Positions 54,720-63,709 of a DNA stretch of 64,000 bases are shown here, in pieces. The notes beneath the pieces were generated by a model. It searched no databases and was not told the DNA's origin. It worked only from the letters and a program-made list of their open reading frames with translations. This stretch comes from an uncultured Caldisericales bacterium. GTDB lineage: Bacteria > Caldisericota > Caldisericia > Caldisericales > Caldisericaceae. Made by a program: the position numbers and the translations under genes. The stretch lies in assembly GCA_964630915.1 (NCBI GenBank), contig CAZVYK010000001.1, positions 915,050-979,049 of the forward strand, written 5' to 3'. Position 1 is the stretch's first letter, and each line of letters begins with the position of its first letter.

Positions 54720-57627
54720 GGGTCTTGTTATTACCTTCATTCTCTTGTCTTTCGCTGCAACTCCTTTTTCCGGGAGAATACTTGCTGGGAGCAACCCTTC
54801 GCATACCATAATCCGCGCGAAGCTCAAAGAGATGGCGCTCAAATACAACATACCATCCGCAATCCTCATGACAATTGCATACACGGAATCGGGCTGGAGG
54901 CAGTTCGATTCGCTCGGGAATCCCGTCATAAATGTCAACACAAACGGCTCAATGGATATAGGCATAATGCAGATAAACTCAACAGGTCGAGATGACTTGG
55001 ACAGGCTCAAGACTGACATCTTCTACAACATCGAGATAGGGGCAAGAATCCTTGACGGTAAGTGGAAAATCACTCCGGGAATAGGCGACAGGGACAGAAA
55101 CATCCTTGAGAACTGGTACTATGCAATCTGGGCTTACAACGGCTTTTCCTATATAAACCACCCTGCGAATCCTGACAGCAGGAGGTACCAGGAGAAAGTC
55201 CTTGATAACCTCGCAAGGGTAATCATTGGTGACGATGGTCAGCCTCTCTGGACGCCTGTAAAAGTCTCAAGGCCGAACCCTCTTTCCATATCAAACCCTC
55301 CGCAGTGGATACCAACGCCTGTCCCGTATCACTTTGGCGATCTTTACACAGGGCTTTACGAAGGTGACAACTTCCGTTTGCTCAAGGCGTCGGACCTTCA
55401 AGTTGTCAAATCAGGAGAGCCTTTTTACCTCACTTTCAAGATTGAAAACATTGGAACGACGACTTGGAAGAATACCTCTGACACAAGCTACACTGCCCAG
55501 CTTGTAATAGAAAAAGATAACGAAAGCCAGGTCGTGAGGAGTCCTCTTGCGTCTGTAACTGAGCCGGGTGGAGCATTCGACTTCACTTTCAGCGTCCCAC
55601 CGCTTTCAAGAGGATTCTACAGGACAACACTGAAAATGTTCAGAGGGGATGTGCAGTTCGGGCAGAGCTACCTTGGAAACATCATTTCCGAGGAAAACGC
55701 AGTAAGCATTAAAGCTCCGGAGAAAGCCACCTTCCAGCTTGGCGAGGAGATGAGGTTTTCACTTAAACAGAACGTGGATTACAGAATAACTGCTACATCA
55801 CTCATAGAAGTTCTTGATTCCACGGGAAGCCTTGTATACTCAACTATTGTGCCTTTAAGCGAGATAAACTCTTTCTCATACATTGCGGGAAGTGGAAGTG
55901 CTGCACAGGGAGATTTCAGGCTGATTGCGCAGGTTTTTCTCAATGCTGGTGCTAGCATTCTCTTTGCGAAGGGGACTTTTCCGCCGTACGTTTCAATCGA
56001 GAAGAGCTTCTCGATTGCTGATATGAGAACGGGTCTTGTCATTGACTCAAACGTAAGGGGAGCTTCAATAAACATAGACGGGCAGCCTTCTGGTTTTCAG
56101 ACTCCCGCTTTTATCGAACTTCCGCCGGGCGAGCACTTAATCTCAGTCATTGGTGAAGGGTTCAACCCGTATTCTTCTTTAGAGAAGGTGGAGCAAGGTG
56201 CAAGATACATATATGCATCTCTTCAGAGTGTGACTAACCAGCCGCAGCTTTCTCAAACCTCTCTGGATTTCGGCTCCGTATACAAGGGAAATTCACTTTA
56301 CAAAAATATCACGTTAAGCCTTCCTGGGCAAATGTCGGGCATTGGAACGGTCAGGACGAGCGCGAGGTGGTTTTTTGTGTATCCTCTTTCTTTTACATCC
56401 TCCACCACTTTCACCGTATCCTTTGACAGCAGGTTTATCGAGGAAGGGAAGAGCCTTTCGGGGATGATATATTTTAACTTGGGCGGCAACGATTACAGCG
56501 TAAAAGTCGTGCTTACAACACTCCTTACAACATCCGTTGTTTACATACTGCCTGAATCTTCGACAATAAGGGAAGGCGACAGCATTTTCCTTGAGATTCA
56601 CCTTACGAAAAACAACCTGAGTCCTGTTTCTGCCTCTTTTGAGATTTCCTTTGACGAAAGCTACCTGAAGTTTGAAGAATTCTCTGCTTCAAACTCCTCA
56701 GGTTCTTACGACATGCAGAAAGGGAAAATTGCATTTGAGTTTACAGACCTCCCACAGGATGCTGACATAAACCTCGGGACGTTGAGACTAGCTGGACTTT
56801 TAAGAACAGGCTCTATGAGCTCGAGCGTGAACTTCACGCGCGCTGCTGTAACAGACAACGGGACTACGAGGGACATAATAGCAAAGGGCTGCTCTGTGAA
56901 GATTCTTGAAAAGCTTGTTCTTCCCCAAATGCCCTTGAACCTGAAAGGTGAAGGTATTCTCAACGGAGTAAGCCTCAAATGGGATACTCCGCAGAAAGGG
57001 AGCTATTCAGTCAAGATGTTCGAGGTATACAGGTCAGAAAGCGCAGACCCTTCGGGGGTGATGTTCATTGGAAGCGCTGATGCCGGAGCGGCTAGTTTCA
57101 CAGACAAGGGGCCTCTTCAGAACAGGATTTACTACTACTGGGTCATAACCGTTGACACTGCGGGAAACTCTTCACAGGCTGCAGGACCTGTTGAGGTGCG
57201 CCCAATATACCAATCAACGACTCTGCCTTCAAAGGTAAAGCTCGAGTTCATAGTAGGAAGCACCACTTACTATGTGAACGGGCTACCGCTCAAAATGGAG
57301 GTTGCGCCTTTCATAAAGGACGGGAGGACTTTCGTGCCCGTTAGGTTTGTAGCCCAGCCATTTGGAGCGCAGGTCGTATGGAATGATAGGGAGAAGAAGG
57401 TGACACTCATCCATACAAACCTCATAGAACTCTGGATCGGGAACCCTGTTGCCAAGGTGAACGGAGTTGACACAATGGTCGATCCTAATAATCCTTCCAT
57501 TGCTCCTTTTATCGTTTCGGGTAGAACAATGCTTCCCCTGAGGTTTGTAAGCGAGTCTTTTGGTGCTCAGGTCTCCTGGGATGAGAAATTAAAGAAAGTG
57601 ACGATTGAGTATTCGACAAAAAAATAG
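54700..57627 (+). CDS. Large secreted protein: signal peptide, lytic-transglycosylase (SLT)-like domain, Ig/CARDB-like middle, two C-terminal CAO-N stalk repeats
   Basis: MDIGIMQINS (SLT catalytic region). C-terminal DGRTFVPVRFVAQPFGAQVVWN / SGRTMLPLRFVSESFGAQVSWD repeats. Overlaps the SbcD-like stop by 20 nt. Confidence 0.6.
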   Translation: MKRKLNRGLVITFILLSFAATPFSGRILAGSNPSHTIIRAKLKEMALKYNIPSAILMTIAYTESGWRQFDSLGNPVINVNTNGSMDIGIMQINSTGRDDLDRLKTDIFYNIEIGARILDGKWKITPGIGDRDRNILENWYYAIWAYNGFSYINHPANPDSRRYQEKVLDNLARVIIGDDGQPLWTPVKVSRPNPLSISNPPQWIPTPVPYHFGDLYTGLYEGDNFRLLKASDLQVVKSGEPFYLTFKIENIGTTTWKNTSDTSYTAQLVIEKDNESQVVRSPLASVTEPGGAFDFTFSVPPLSRGFYRTTLKMFRGDVQFGQSYLGNIISEENAVSIKAPEKATFQLGEEMRFSLKQNVDYRITATSLIEVLDSTGSLVYSTIVPLSEINSFSYIAGSGSAAQGDFRLIAQVFLNAGASILFAKGTFPPYVSIEKSFSIADMRTGLVIDSNVRGASINIDGQPSGFQTPAFIELPPGEHLISVIGEGFNPYSSLEKVEQGARYIYASLQSVTNQPQLSQTSLDFGSVYKGNSLYKNITLSLPGQMSGIGTVRTSARWFFVYPLSFTSSTTFTVSFDSRFIEEGKSLSGMIYFNLGGNDYSVKVVLTTLLTTSVVYILPESSTIREGDSIFLEIHLTKNNLSPVSASFEISFDESYLKFEEFSASNSSGSYDMQKGKIAFEFTDLPQDADINLGTLRLAGLLRTGSMSSSVNFTRAAVTDNGTTRDIIAKGCSVKILEKLVLPQMPLNLKGEGILNGVSLKWDTPQKGSYSVKMFEVYRSESADPSGVMFIGSADAGAASFTDKGPLQNRIYYYWVITVDTAGNSSQAAGPVEVRPIYQSTTLPSKVKLEFIVGSTTYYVNGLPLKMEVAPFIKDGRTFVPVRFVAQPFGAQVVWNDREKKVTLIHTNLIELWIGNPVAKVNGVDTMVDPNNPSIAPFIVSGRTMLPLRFVSESFGAQVSWDEKLKKVTIEYSTKK

Positions 57628-57658
57628 GTTTGTGTAAAATGAGGAGACTGGAGGAGCA

Positions 57659-59587
57659 ATGAAGAAACTGTTGCTAGTTTTGGCTGTCCTTATGGTCCTT
57701 TTTGTTCTGCTTCCCGCAAGAACATGTGCAAAGGATTACAGCTTTCCATCTGTAAAAATAACCGTTTACATAAGAAATGATGGCTCTTTTGACTTCATAG
57801 AGGAGAGGACATATTTCTTTTCGGGAGAGTTCCACTGGGCAACATACACTCTTCAGAAGGAACACTTCGAGTCAATAGAGAACTTCACGGTAGCTGATGA
57901 AGTTGGAAACTATGAGCTTGTTGAATTCGACAATGAGCGTGAACGCACCTATACTGTTCAGGAAACAGCCAGTTCTTACAACTGCAAGTTTTACTACTAT
58001 GCAAACAACGAGAACAAAACTTTCAAGTTTTCTTACAGGATAAAGGGAGGCATCATTGCATACAACGATGTTGCTGACTTCTACTGGAAACTCATAGGCA
58101 CAGGCTGGGAAAAGAAAACTGACGTCCTGGAGGCTTTTATCTATCTTCCTGAAGTGGTTGCGGAGAATGACATAAAGGTATTCGGACACGGACCTCTTAA
58201 CGGAATTGTTGAAAGGCTCGACGGAAATGGCGCTCGTTACTATGTAACAAATGTCCCCGCGAATACATATGTAGAGGCAAGAGTCATTTTCCCGTCTTCA
58301 ATCCTTAACGTGCAAAAGGTATCACAAAACAAGCTTGACGAAATAATGAAAGAGGAGCTTGCAGAAGCAAGAAAGTCAGATTTAAAAAGATACATTGCCA
58401 GATTTGCTATTTTCCTTGTCTTGCTGATTCCTCTCCTTATCTTCCTGTGGTGGCTTTCCCTTTTCAGGAAGTACGGGAAGGAGTACAAGCCCTCAAGGGA
58501 AATTATCTACTTCAGGGATATTCCGTCAGAACTCCCGCCAGCTCTTGTCGGGTATCTTATTAGGTTTAGGTCTGTGCAACCGCAGGACTTCACGGCAACC
58601 ATTATGAACCTTATACGGAATGGATACATTTCAATCGAGGAAAGGAAGGAAGACAAGGGCATTCTTTTCAAAAGAGAAGTTCCTGTTATTTACCTTTACA
58701 AGACAAAGAAGGAGCCTTCTGACTTAAGAGACCACGAGAAGATAGTTTATAAGTTCCTTTTTGAGGAGATGAACTACAGTAGCATCTTCCCATTCTTTAA
58801 GAACATGAAATCAGTTTCACAGTTTAGCAAGCTTTTCACGAATGCTGAGGCTCCCTTGAGCGATTTTGCCGGCAAGTCGAACAGCTTCGTCAGCACTGAT
58901 GAAATCCAGAAGTATATCAAGGCAAGGCCCAACGAGTTCAGGGCGATCTACGAGGCTTTCGTCGGGAGCGTGAAGTTGGAGGCAGAGGAGGAAGAGTTCT
59001 TCGAGAAAACCCCCAGGGCAGTGACTGCTTTCACGGTGGTTGCCGTACTTTTCCCTTTCGTTGCATTTTTGATGGTCATGCTATTTGCTGCTGCCAATCC
59101 TGCCTTTTTGATTGTGCTGCCTTTCTACTTTATAATGACTGGAATTTTTATTGCTCTCATATTTCCGCTTGCAAGAAGAAGCAAGAAAGGAGCCGAGGCG
59201 TATGCAGAGTGGAACGGGCTAAAGAAATTCCTCAAGGATTTCTCAAATCTGAACATTGCAACTCCTCCCTCGATTGCCCTGTGGGAGGCGTATCTTGTGT
59301 ATTCTGTAACTTTTGGCATAAGTAAGAGAGTCATAGAGCAGATGAAGATCGCTCTTCCAAATATTCCCGAGGATCAGTTGAGAACAAGCCACTTCTTTGC
59401 GGCTTCCTCACTTGCATCTGCTGCCAGCATTACTTCAAGTTTTGAGCACATTGTCTCCTCGATGGTAAGCTCTTTCAACTCAATAGCTTCAACGGCAATG
59501 TCCTCTTCGTCCTCGCGCGGTGGAGGCGGAGGCTTCTCCGGTGGCGGTGGTGGCGGTGGAGGCGGCTCAGGCGGCGGAGCCGGTTAG
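57659..59587 (+). CDS. DUF2207-family membrane protein with Gly-rich C-terminal tail
   Basis: N-terminal signal/TM, extracellular domain, 3 TM helices, C-terminal SSSSRGGGGGFSGGGGGGGGGSGGGAG. Confidence 0.65.
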   Translation: MKKLLLVLAVLMVLFVLLPARTCAKDYSFPSVKITVYIRNDGSFDFIEERTYFFSGEFHWATYTLQKEHFESIENFTVADEVGNYELVEFDNERERTYTVQETASSYNCKFYYYANNENKTFKFSYRIKGGIIAYNDVADFYWKLIGTGWEKKTDVLEAFIYLPEVVAENDIKVFGHGPLNGIVERLDGNGARYYVTNVPANTYVEARVIFPSSILNVQKVSQNKLDEIMKEELAEARKSDLKRYIARFAIFLVLLIPLLIFLWWLSLFRKYGKEYKPSREIIYFRDIPSELPPALVGYLIRFRSVQPQDFTATIMNLIRNGYISIEERKEDKGILFKREVPVIYLYKTKKEPSDLRDHEKIVYKFLFEEMNYSSIFPFFKNMKSVSQFSKLFTNAEAPLSDFAGKSNSFVSTDEIQKYIKARPNEFRAIYEAFVGSVKLEAEEEEFFEKTPRAVTAFTVVAVLFPFVAFLMVMLFAAANPAFLIVLPFYFIMTGIFIALIFPLARRSKKGAEAYAEWNGLKKFLKDFSNLNIATPPSIALWEAYLVYSVTFGISKRVIEQMKIALPNIPEDQLRTSHFFAASSLASAASITSSFEHIVSSMVSSFNSIASTAMSSSSSRGGGGGFSGGGGGGGGGSGGGAG

Positions 59588-59610
59588 TAATTGGTTTATT
59601 CTGTTTTGAT

Positions 59611-59636
59611 AGCCCGGGGATCTCCCGGGCTTTTGT
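59611..59636 (+). terminator. Strong Rho-independent terminator
   Basis: AGCCCGGGA-GA-TCTCCCGGGCT + TTTTGT. Ends a long run of coupled genes. Confidence 0.7.
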
Positions 59637-60007
59637 CATTTCACTACGCCTTCTACTAGTCCGAAAGTGGTGGGGAATCCACTTTATTTAGTGAACTTGA
59701 TTAGAAGGATTTCAAATCTTGGAAACATTGCCTTAAGTAACTTTCAAATCACTTTGTTCCCCAAATGCATGTATAGAAAACTACCTTTCCTATACTGAAT
59801 TCAAGGCTATCAAGCAACATGGAGTATACCTTTAGTCGCGTTTCATCGCTTTCTTTCGCTCTCCTTGAAAGATTCGCCCAAGTTGTGAAGCTTCCTCATC
59901 AGTCCAGTTCATTGAGTCTTCTCCCAAAAAACTGTGCTTTTTGAGTAGTTCTTGTGAAGCGCTTCCTCATTAAAAAGAGACAAGGTCTACCCACTTCTCA
60001 GATTGTC

Positions 60008-60085
60008 TGTCATTCCAAGGGATTTGTATTTGTCATTCCGAACCTCTTCTCGTCATTCCGAGGAACGAAGTGATGAAGAATCGCA
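60008..60085. repeat. Array of three direct GTCATTCC(R)A repeats at 21-22-bp spacing plus CGAAG..GAAGAATCG element
   Basis: tGTCATTCCaa (60008), tGTCATTCCga (60031), cGTCATTCCga (60051), then GGAACGAAGTGATGAAGAATCGC. 150 nt upstream of the adh start. Confidence 0.35.
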
Positions 60086-60232
60086 TCTTTCTCTTTTTCG
60101 GGTGGAGGACCGAAAAGGGTCTTTCACCTTCTCAAATTGGAGTCGCAGACTATTCGGTACCATATTCCTCATGGCGGCACGGAAGCAGTGTCATTTTGTA
60201 AGACATGCATTTTGCCTCTATAATTAATTCCG

Positions 60233-61264
60233 ATGAGAGCGTGGGTTATAGAGAAAGTGAGTGAATTAACTGTCGAAGAGCAACCCTTGCGGTTTGTCGG
60301 AATGGAAGTGCCACGACCTAGCGAGTATGAAATACTCATAAAAGTAAAAGCTTGTGGCGTGTGCCACACAGAGATAGACGAAATAGAGGGCAGGGCAATG
60401 CCCTCCTTTTTCCCCATCATTCCTGGGCATCAAATAGTTGGCGAAGTTGTTGAGAAAGGAAGCAAGGTTACAAAATTTGAAATAGGTGATAGGGCAGGAG
60501 CCGGGTGGATATACTATGCATGTGGCAGATGCGAGTTCTGTAGCAAAGGTCTTGAGAACCTCTGCCAGGACTTCAGAGCAACGGGCAAGGACACAGACGG
60601 AGGATATGCAGAATACTTCAAAATTAACCAGGATTTTGCATTTCTCCTGCCCGAGACTCTCAGTTGCGAGGAGGCAGCTCCCCTTTTCTGTGCAGGTGCA
60701 ATTGGCTACAGGTCTTTAATGCTTGCAAAGCCTGAAAATTGCGACAACATAGGGCTTGTCGGCTTTGGCGCTTCTGGGCACATTGTTTTAAAGCTAATAA
60801 AGCATCTTTATCCCGAATCAAAGGTTTTCGTTTTTGCAAGGGATGAAAGCCAGAGGGAATTTGCTCGTAAGCTAGGTGTGTACTGGGCAGGGGACATTGA
60901 CGAAACTCCTCCCGAAAAGCTTAATTCTGCAATTGATACAACTCCTGTCTGGAAGCCTCCTTTAAGTGCACTAAAGCACCTTAAAGGGAGCGGGAGGCTC
61001 GTGGTAAACGCCATAAGAAAAGAGGAAGCTGATAAGCATTCACTCCTGGATATCTCTTACCAGAGGGATCTCTGGCTTGAAAAGGAAGTAAAGACGGTAA
61101 CAAACGTTACAAGAAGAGACATTGCTGACTTCGTAAGAATAGCAGAAGAAATCGGACTTAAGCCCGACATTGAAGTGTATCCATTTGAAGAAGCAAATAG
61201 AGCCCTGCTGGACGTAAAAAGACGAAAGATAAAAGGAGCAAAGGTTCTCAAGATAGGTGGCTGA
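60233..61264 (+). CDS. Zinc-dependent alcohol dehydrogenase (MDR family)
   Basis: GVCHTEID catalytic zinc motif, CGRCEFCSKGLENLC structural zinc, LVGFGASGH Rossmann. Confidence 0.85.
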   Translation: MRAWVIEKVSELTVEEQPLRFVGMEVPRPSEYEILIKVKACGVCHTEIDEIEGRAMPSFFPIIPGHQIVGEVVEKGSKVTKFEIGDRAGAGWIYYACGRCEFCSKGLENLCQDFRATGKDTDGGYAEYFKINQDFAFLLPETLSCEEAAPLFCAGAIGYRSLMLAKPENCDNIGLVGFGASGHIVLKLIKHLYPESKVFVFARDESQREFARKLGVYWAGDIDETPPEKLNSAIDTTPVWKPPLSALKHLKGSGRLVVNAIRKEEADKHSLLDISYQRDLWLEKEVKTVTNVTRRDIADFVRIAEEIGLKPDIEVYPFEEANRALLDVKRRKIKGAKVLKIGG

Positions 61265-61266
61265 TA

Positions 61267-61896
61267 ATGGACAGGAAAACCAGAGTTCTTGAAGTAATAA
61301 AGAGGCTTGAAAAGAGGTATCCCAATGTCAAGACTGCTCTTAACTTCAAAACTCCCCTTGAGTTGCTTGTGGCAACAATTCTTGCAGCACAGGCAACAGA
61401 TGCAGGTGTTAACAAGGTGACGGAAAAGCTCTTCAAGAAATACCGCACTGCCTTTGATTACGCTTCTGTTCCTCTTGAGGAGCTGCAAAACGACATAAAG
61501 AGCATAAACTTCTACAGAAACAAGGCGAAAAGCATCAAAGGCATGGCATCTGCACTTGTTGAGAAGTTTAATGGCGAAGTCCCGTGCACCATGGAAGAGC
61601 TTGTTTGTCTTCCTGGCGTCGGCAGAAAAACTGCAAACATCATCCTGTGGAACGCATTCGGGATAAACGAAGGTGTTGCTGTGGACACTCACGTGAAAAG
61701 GTTATCAAAGCTACTCGGTTTTACCGAAAACACGAATCCTGACAAGATAGAGCAGGACCTTATGAAGATAGTGCCCCGTGAAAAGTGGGGGCAGATTACC
61801 AATCTTCTTGCAGAGTTGGGAAGGGATGTCTGCAAGGCAAAGTCGCCAAATCACAGTGAGTGCCCCCTAAACGATATCTGCCCTAGCGCAAAGTGA
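61267..61896 (+). CDS. nth: Endonuclease III (DNA glycosylase/AP lyase)
   Basis: HhH-GPD LPGVGRKTANIIL, catalytic K and D, C-terminal CKAKSPNHSECPLNDIC [4Fe-4S] cluster loop. Confidence 0.9.
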   Translation: MDRKTRVLEVIKRLEKRYPNVKTALNFKTPLELLVATILAAQATDAGVNKVTEKLFKKYRTAFDYASVPLEELQNDIKSINFYRNKAKSIKGMASALVEKFNGEVPCTMEELVCLPGVGRKTANIILWNAFGINEGVAVDTHVKRLSKLLGFTENTNPDKIEQDLMKIVPREKWGQITNLLAELGRDVCKAKSPNHSECPLNDICPSAK

Positions 61897-61992
61897 AGCA
61901 ATATTGCTGCTAAACTTCCCTCTTTCATTTTGGTGAATAAAGCTTCTTGTCCACAAAAAAGCACCCTTTCGATTTCCTAAGGGGTCTCTTGC

Positions 61993-62088
61993 CGTCATTT
62001 TGAGTGACTCTTTTCATAGCTTATTAGTTTTCCCTTTGCCATTCTGAACATCCTATTTTGTTATTCTGAGCTAAGCGAAGAATCTTCG
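61993..62088. repeat. Second cluster of GTCATTYTGAR-like motifs ending in the 13-bp palindrome CGAAGAATCTTCG
   Basis: cGTCATTTTGAg (61993), GCCATTCTGAa (62038), GTTATTCTGAg (62060), CGAAGAATCTTCG (62076-62088). Related to the array at 60008-60085. Confidence 0.3.
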
Positions 62089-62152
62089 TTAACTAATAGG
62101 GTGAAAAAGTCATATGAAACGTACTTGGTTCACGCAGTCAAAAAGCCAGTTT

Positions 62153-62617
62153 TCACCAAACCTGAAATTTCGGTGTATTATCGTCCTCGTATACTTTGCT
62201 TTCAACTGATTCTATGAATTCAAGAACTTTTTCCTTTATTGCATCACGCACTTTCCTTGCAAGGTTTAGTTTTTCTTCTTCACTTCCTGTAAAGGATGAA
62301 GGGTCTTTGAACTCCCAGTGAAGTTTCTTTGCTTTTCCTGGAAACATCGGGCATCTCTCTGCTGCTTCCGGATCGCAAACAGTTATAACGTAGTCAAAGG
62401 ACTTTCCGCTTTTTGCGATGTCAAATACTGATTTCGTCTTGTTTTTAGATATGTCGTAGCCGATTTCTGCCATCACTTGCACGGCAAGCGGGTTTAATGT
62501 ACCGGGCTCAAGACCTGCGCTTTCGGCAGAGAATTTTCCTTCTCCAAGTGCGTTGAGAAACTTCTCTGCCATCTGGCTTCGCGCAGAATTATGCACACAA
62601 ACAAAAAGAACCCTCAT
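62153..62617 (-). CDS. arsC: Arsenate reductase, LMW-PTP family (thioredoxin-coupled type)
   Basis: [17 protein letters not shown]-loop (CX5R) plus CDPEAAERC Cys pair as in B. subtilis-type ArsC. Confidence 0.7.
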   Translation of the reverse strand: MRVLFVCVHNSARSQMAEKFLNALGEGKFSAESAGLEPGTLNPLAVQVMAEIGYDISKNKTKSVFDIAKSGKSFDYVITVCDPEAAERCPMFPGKAKKLHWEFKDPSSFTGSEEEKLNLARKVRDAIKEKVLEFIESVESKVYEDDNTPKFQVW

Positions 62618-62805
62618 TTCATCCATTTCAATCTCCTATTAAGAGGCATTACTTTTACTATTATACAAAGGGCGCGCATTTAAACCTCAAGAGCTTATCT
62701 AAGAAAAAATTGCTAATCCTTATATCTTTGATGTAAGCTTAAGCTTGCTTTCAAAAGCCAAAACAGTTTTCAAAATTACTGTCTTGCAGGATAGTTTGAA
62801 CTCTT

Positions 62806-63693
62806 TTGCAATATAATACCATTGTGGAAGAGAGAGGAAGAGTAGGATTAAGAGCAGTGAGATTTTCCCTCCTTGGGAACGTGCTTCTTGCTATAGTAAA
62901 GGTTGGGCTTGGATTCATTGCTAGGTCGGTTGCTTTGATAAGCGACGGAATTGATACTGCTGTAGATGTTGCAAAGACTTTCATTGTCTATAGAGGAACG
63001 AAAATCGCTGCAACTCCCGCAGACAGGGAACATCCTTACGGGCACGGAAGGGCTGAAACAATTTCATCTGCCGTAATAGGAGGCTCGGTCGTGTTTGCAG
63101 GAGCAACTGTTATCGTCCACTCGATAGAGAACTTCGGGAAGGCAAACGCCCAAAGCACGCTCATGCTTGCAGGAGCTTCAATCAGCATACTGGGAAAGAT
63201 TGCTCTTTCTACGTACATGTTCAGCGTCGGGAAGCGCATAAACAACTCTGCCATTATGGCAAACGCAAGGGATTACCTTGGAGACGTCTTTTCTTCTGTT
63301 GCTGTATTGCTGGGCGCTCTCCTCATAAAGCTCACTGGCAAGGTGCTTTTCGACAGCATAGCCTCAATTGGAGTGGCTCTTATCATTGTCTACATGGGAT
63401 TGCGAATTTTGAGAGAAGCGGCAAGGGAAGTGATGGAGGAACAGGACAACCCTGAGATCATCTCAAAGGTCGAAGAAGTTGTTGCAAGGTGCGCGAAAGC
63501 GGACAACCCGCACAGGATAAGAGCAAGCAGGCTCGGGCCATATTACATCGTTGACATGCACATAGAGTTCCCGCCCGAGATGAGCGTGAAGGAAGCACAC
63601 GAGTTTGTGAACCTGCTTGAAAGAAACATAAAGGAAAAAGTAAAGGAAGTAAGCGAAGTGATAATTCACATAGAGCCGTTTGGAAACGGATAG
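62806..63693 (+). CDS. Cation diffusion facilitator family transporter
   Basis: 6 TM helices with SDGIDTAVD (TM2) and HxxxD-like motif, cytoplasmic C-terminal domain. True start probably downstream of 62806 because the ORF start overlaps the promoter-like AATATAAT. Confidence 0.75.
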   Translation: MQYNTIVEERGRVGLRAVRFSLLGNVLLAIVKVGLGFIARSVALISDGIDTAVDVAKTFIVYRGTKIAATPADREHPYGHGRAETISSAVIGGSVVFAGATVIVHSIENFGKANAQSTLMLAGASISILGKIALSTYMFSVGKRINNSAIMANARDYLGDVFSSVAVLLGALLIKLTGKVLFDSIASIGVALIIVYMGLRILREAAREVMEEQDNPEIISKVEEVVARCAKADNPHRIRASRLGPYYIVDMHIEFPPEMSVKEAHEFVNLLERNIKEKVKEVSEVIIHIEPFGNG

Positions 63694-63709
63694 TAAATGG
63701 AGGTGAAGA

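Noticed and set aside
60008-60060. CRISPR array or iteron origin from the three GTCATTCC repeats
   Set aside because: Repeats are only ~10 bp with 11-12-bp spacers and no cas genes, which is far too short and irregular for CRISPR. There are no rep or par genes for an iteron origin.
60165-60200. SRP RNA (4.5S) domain IV from GGCACGGAAGCAGTG
   Set aside because: It lacks the GGAAGGAAGCAGC core and the flanking helix. This is a chance partial match.
60003-60227. 74-aa ORF in the adh leader
   Set aside because: It is low complexity (Ser/Arg/Glu), has no RBS, and spans the repeat array. Probably non-coding.
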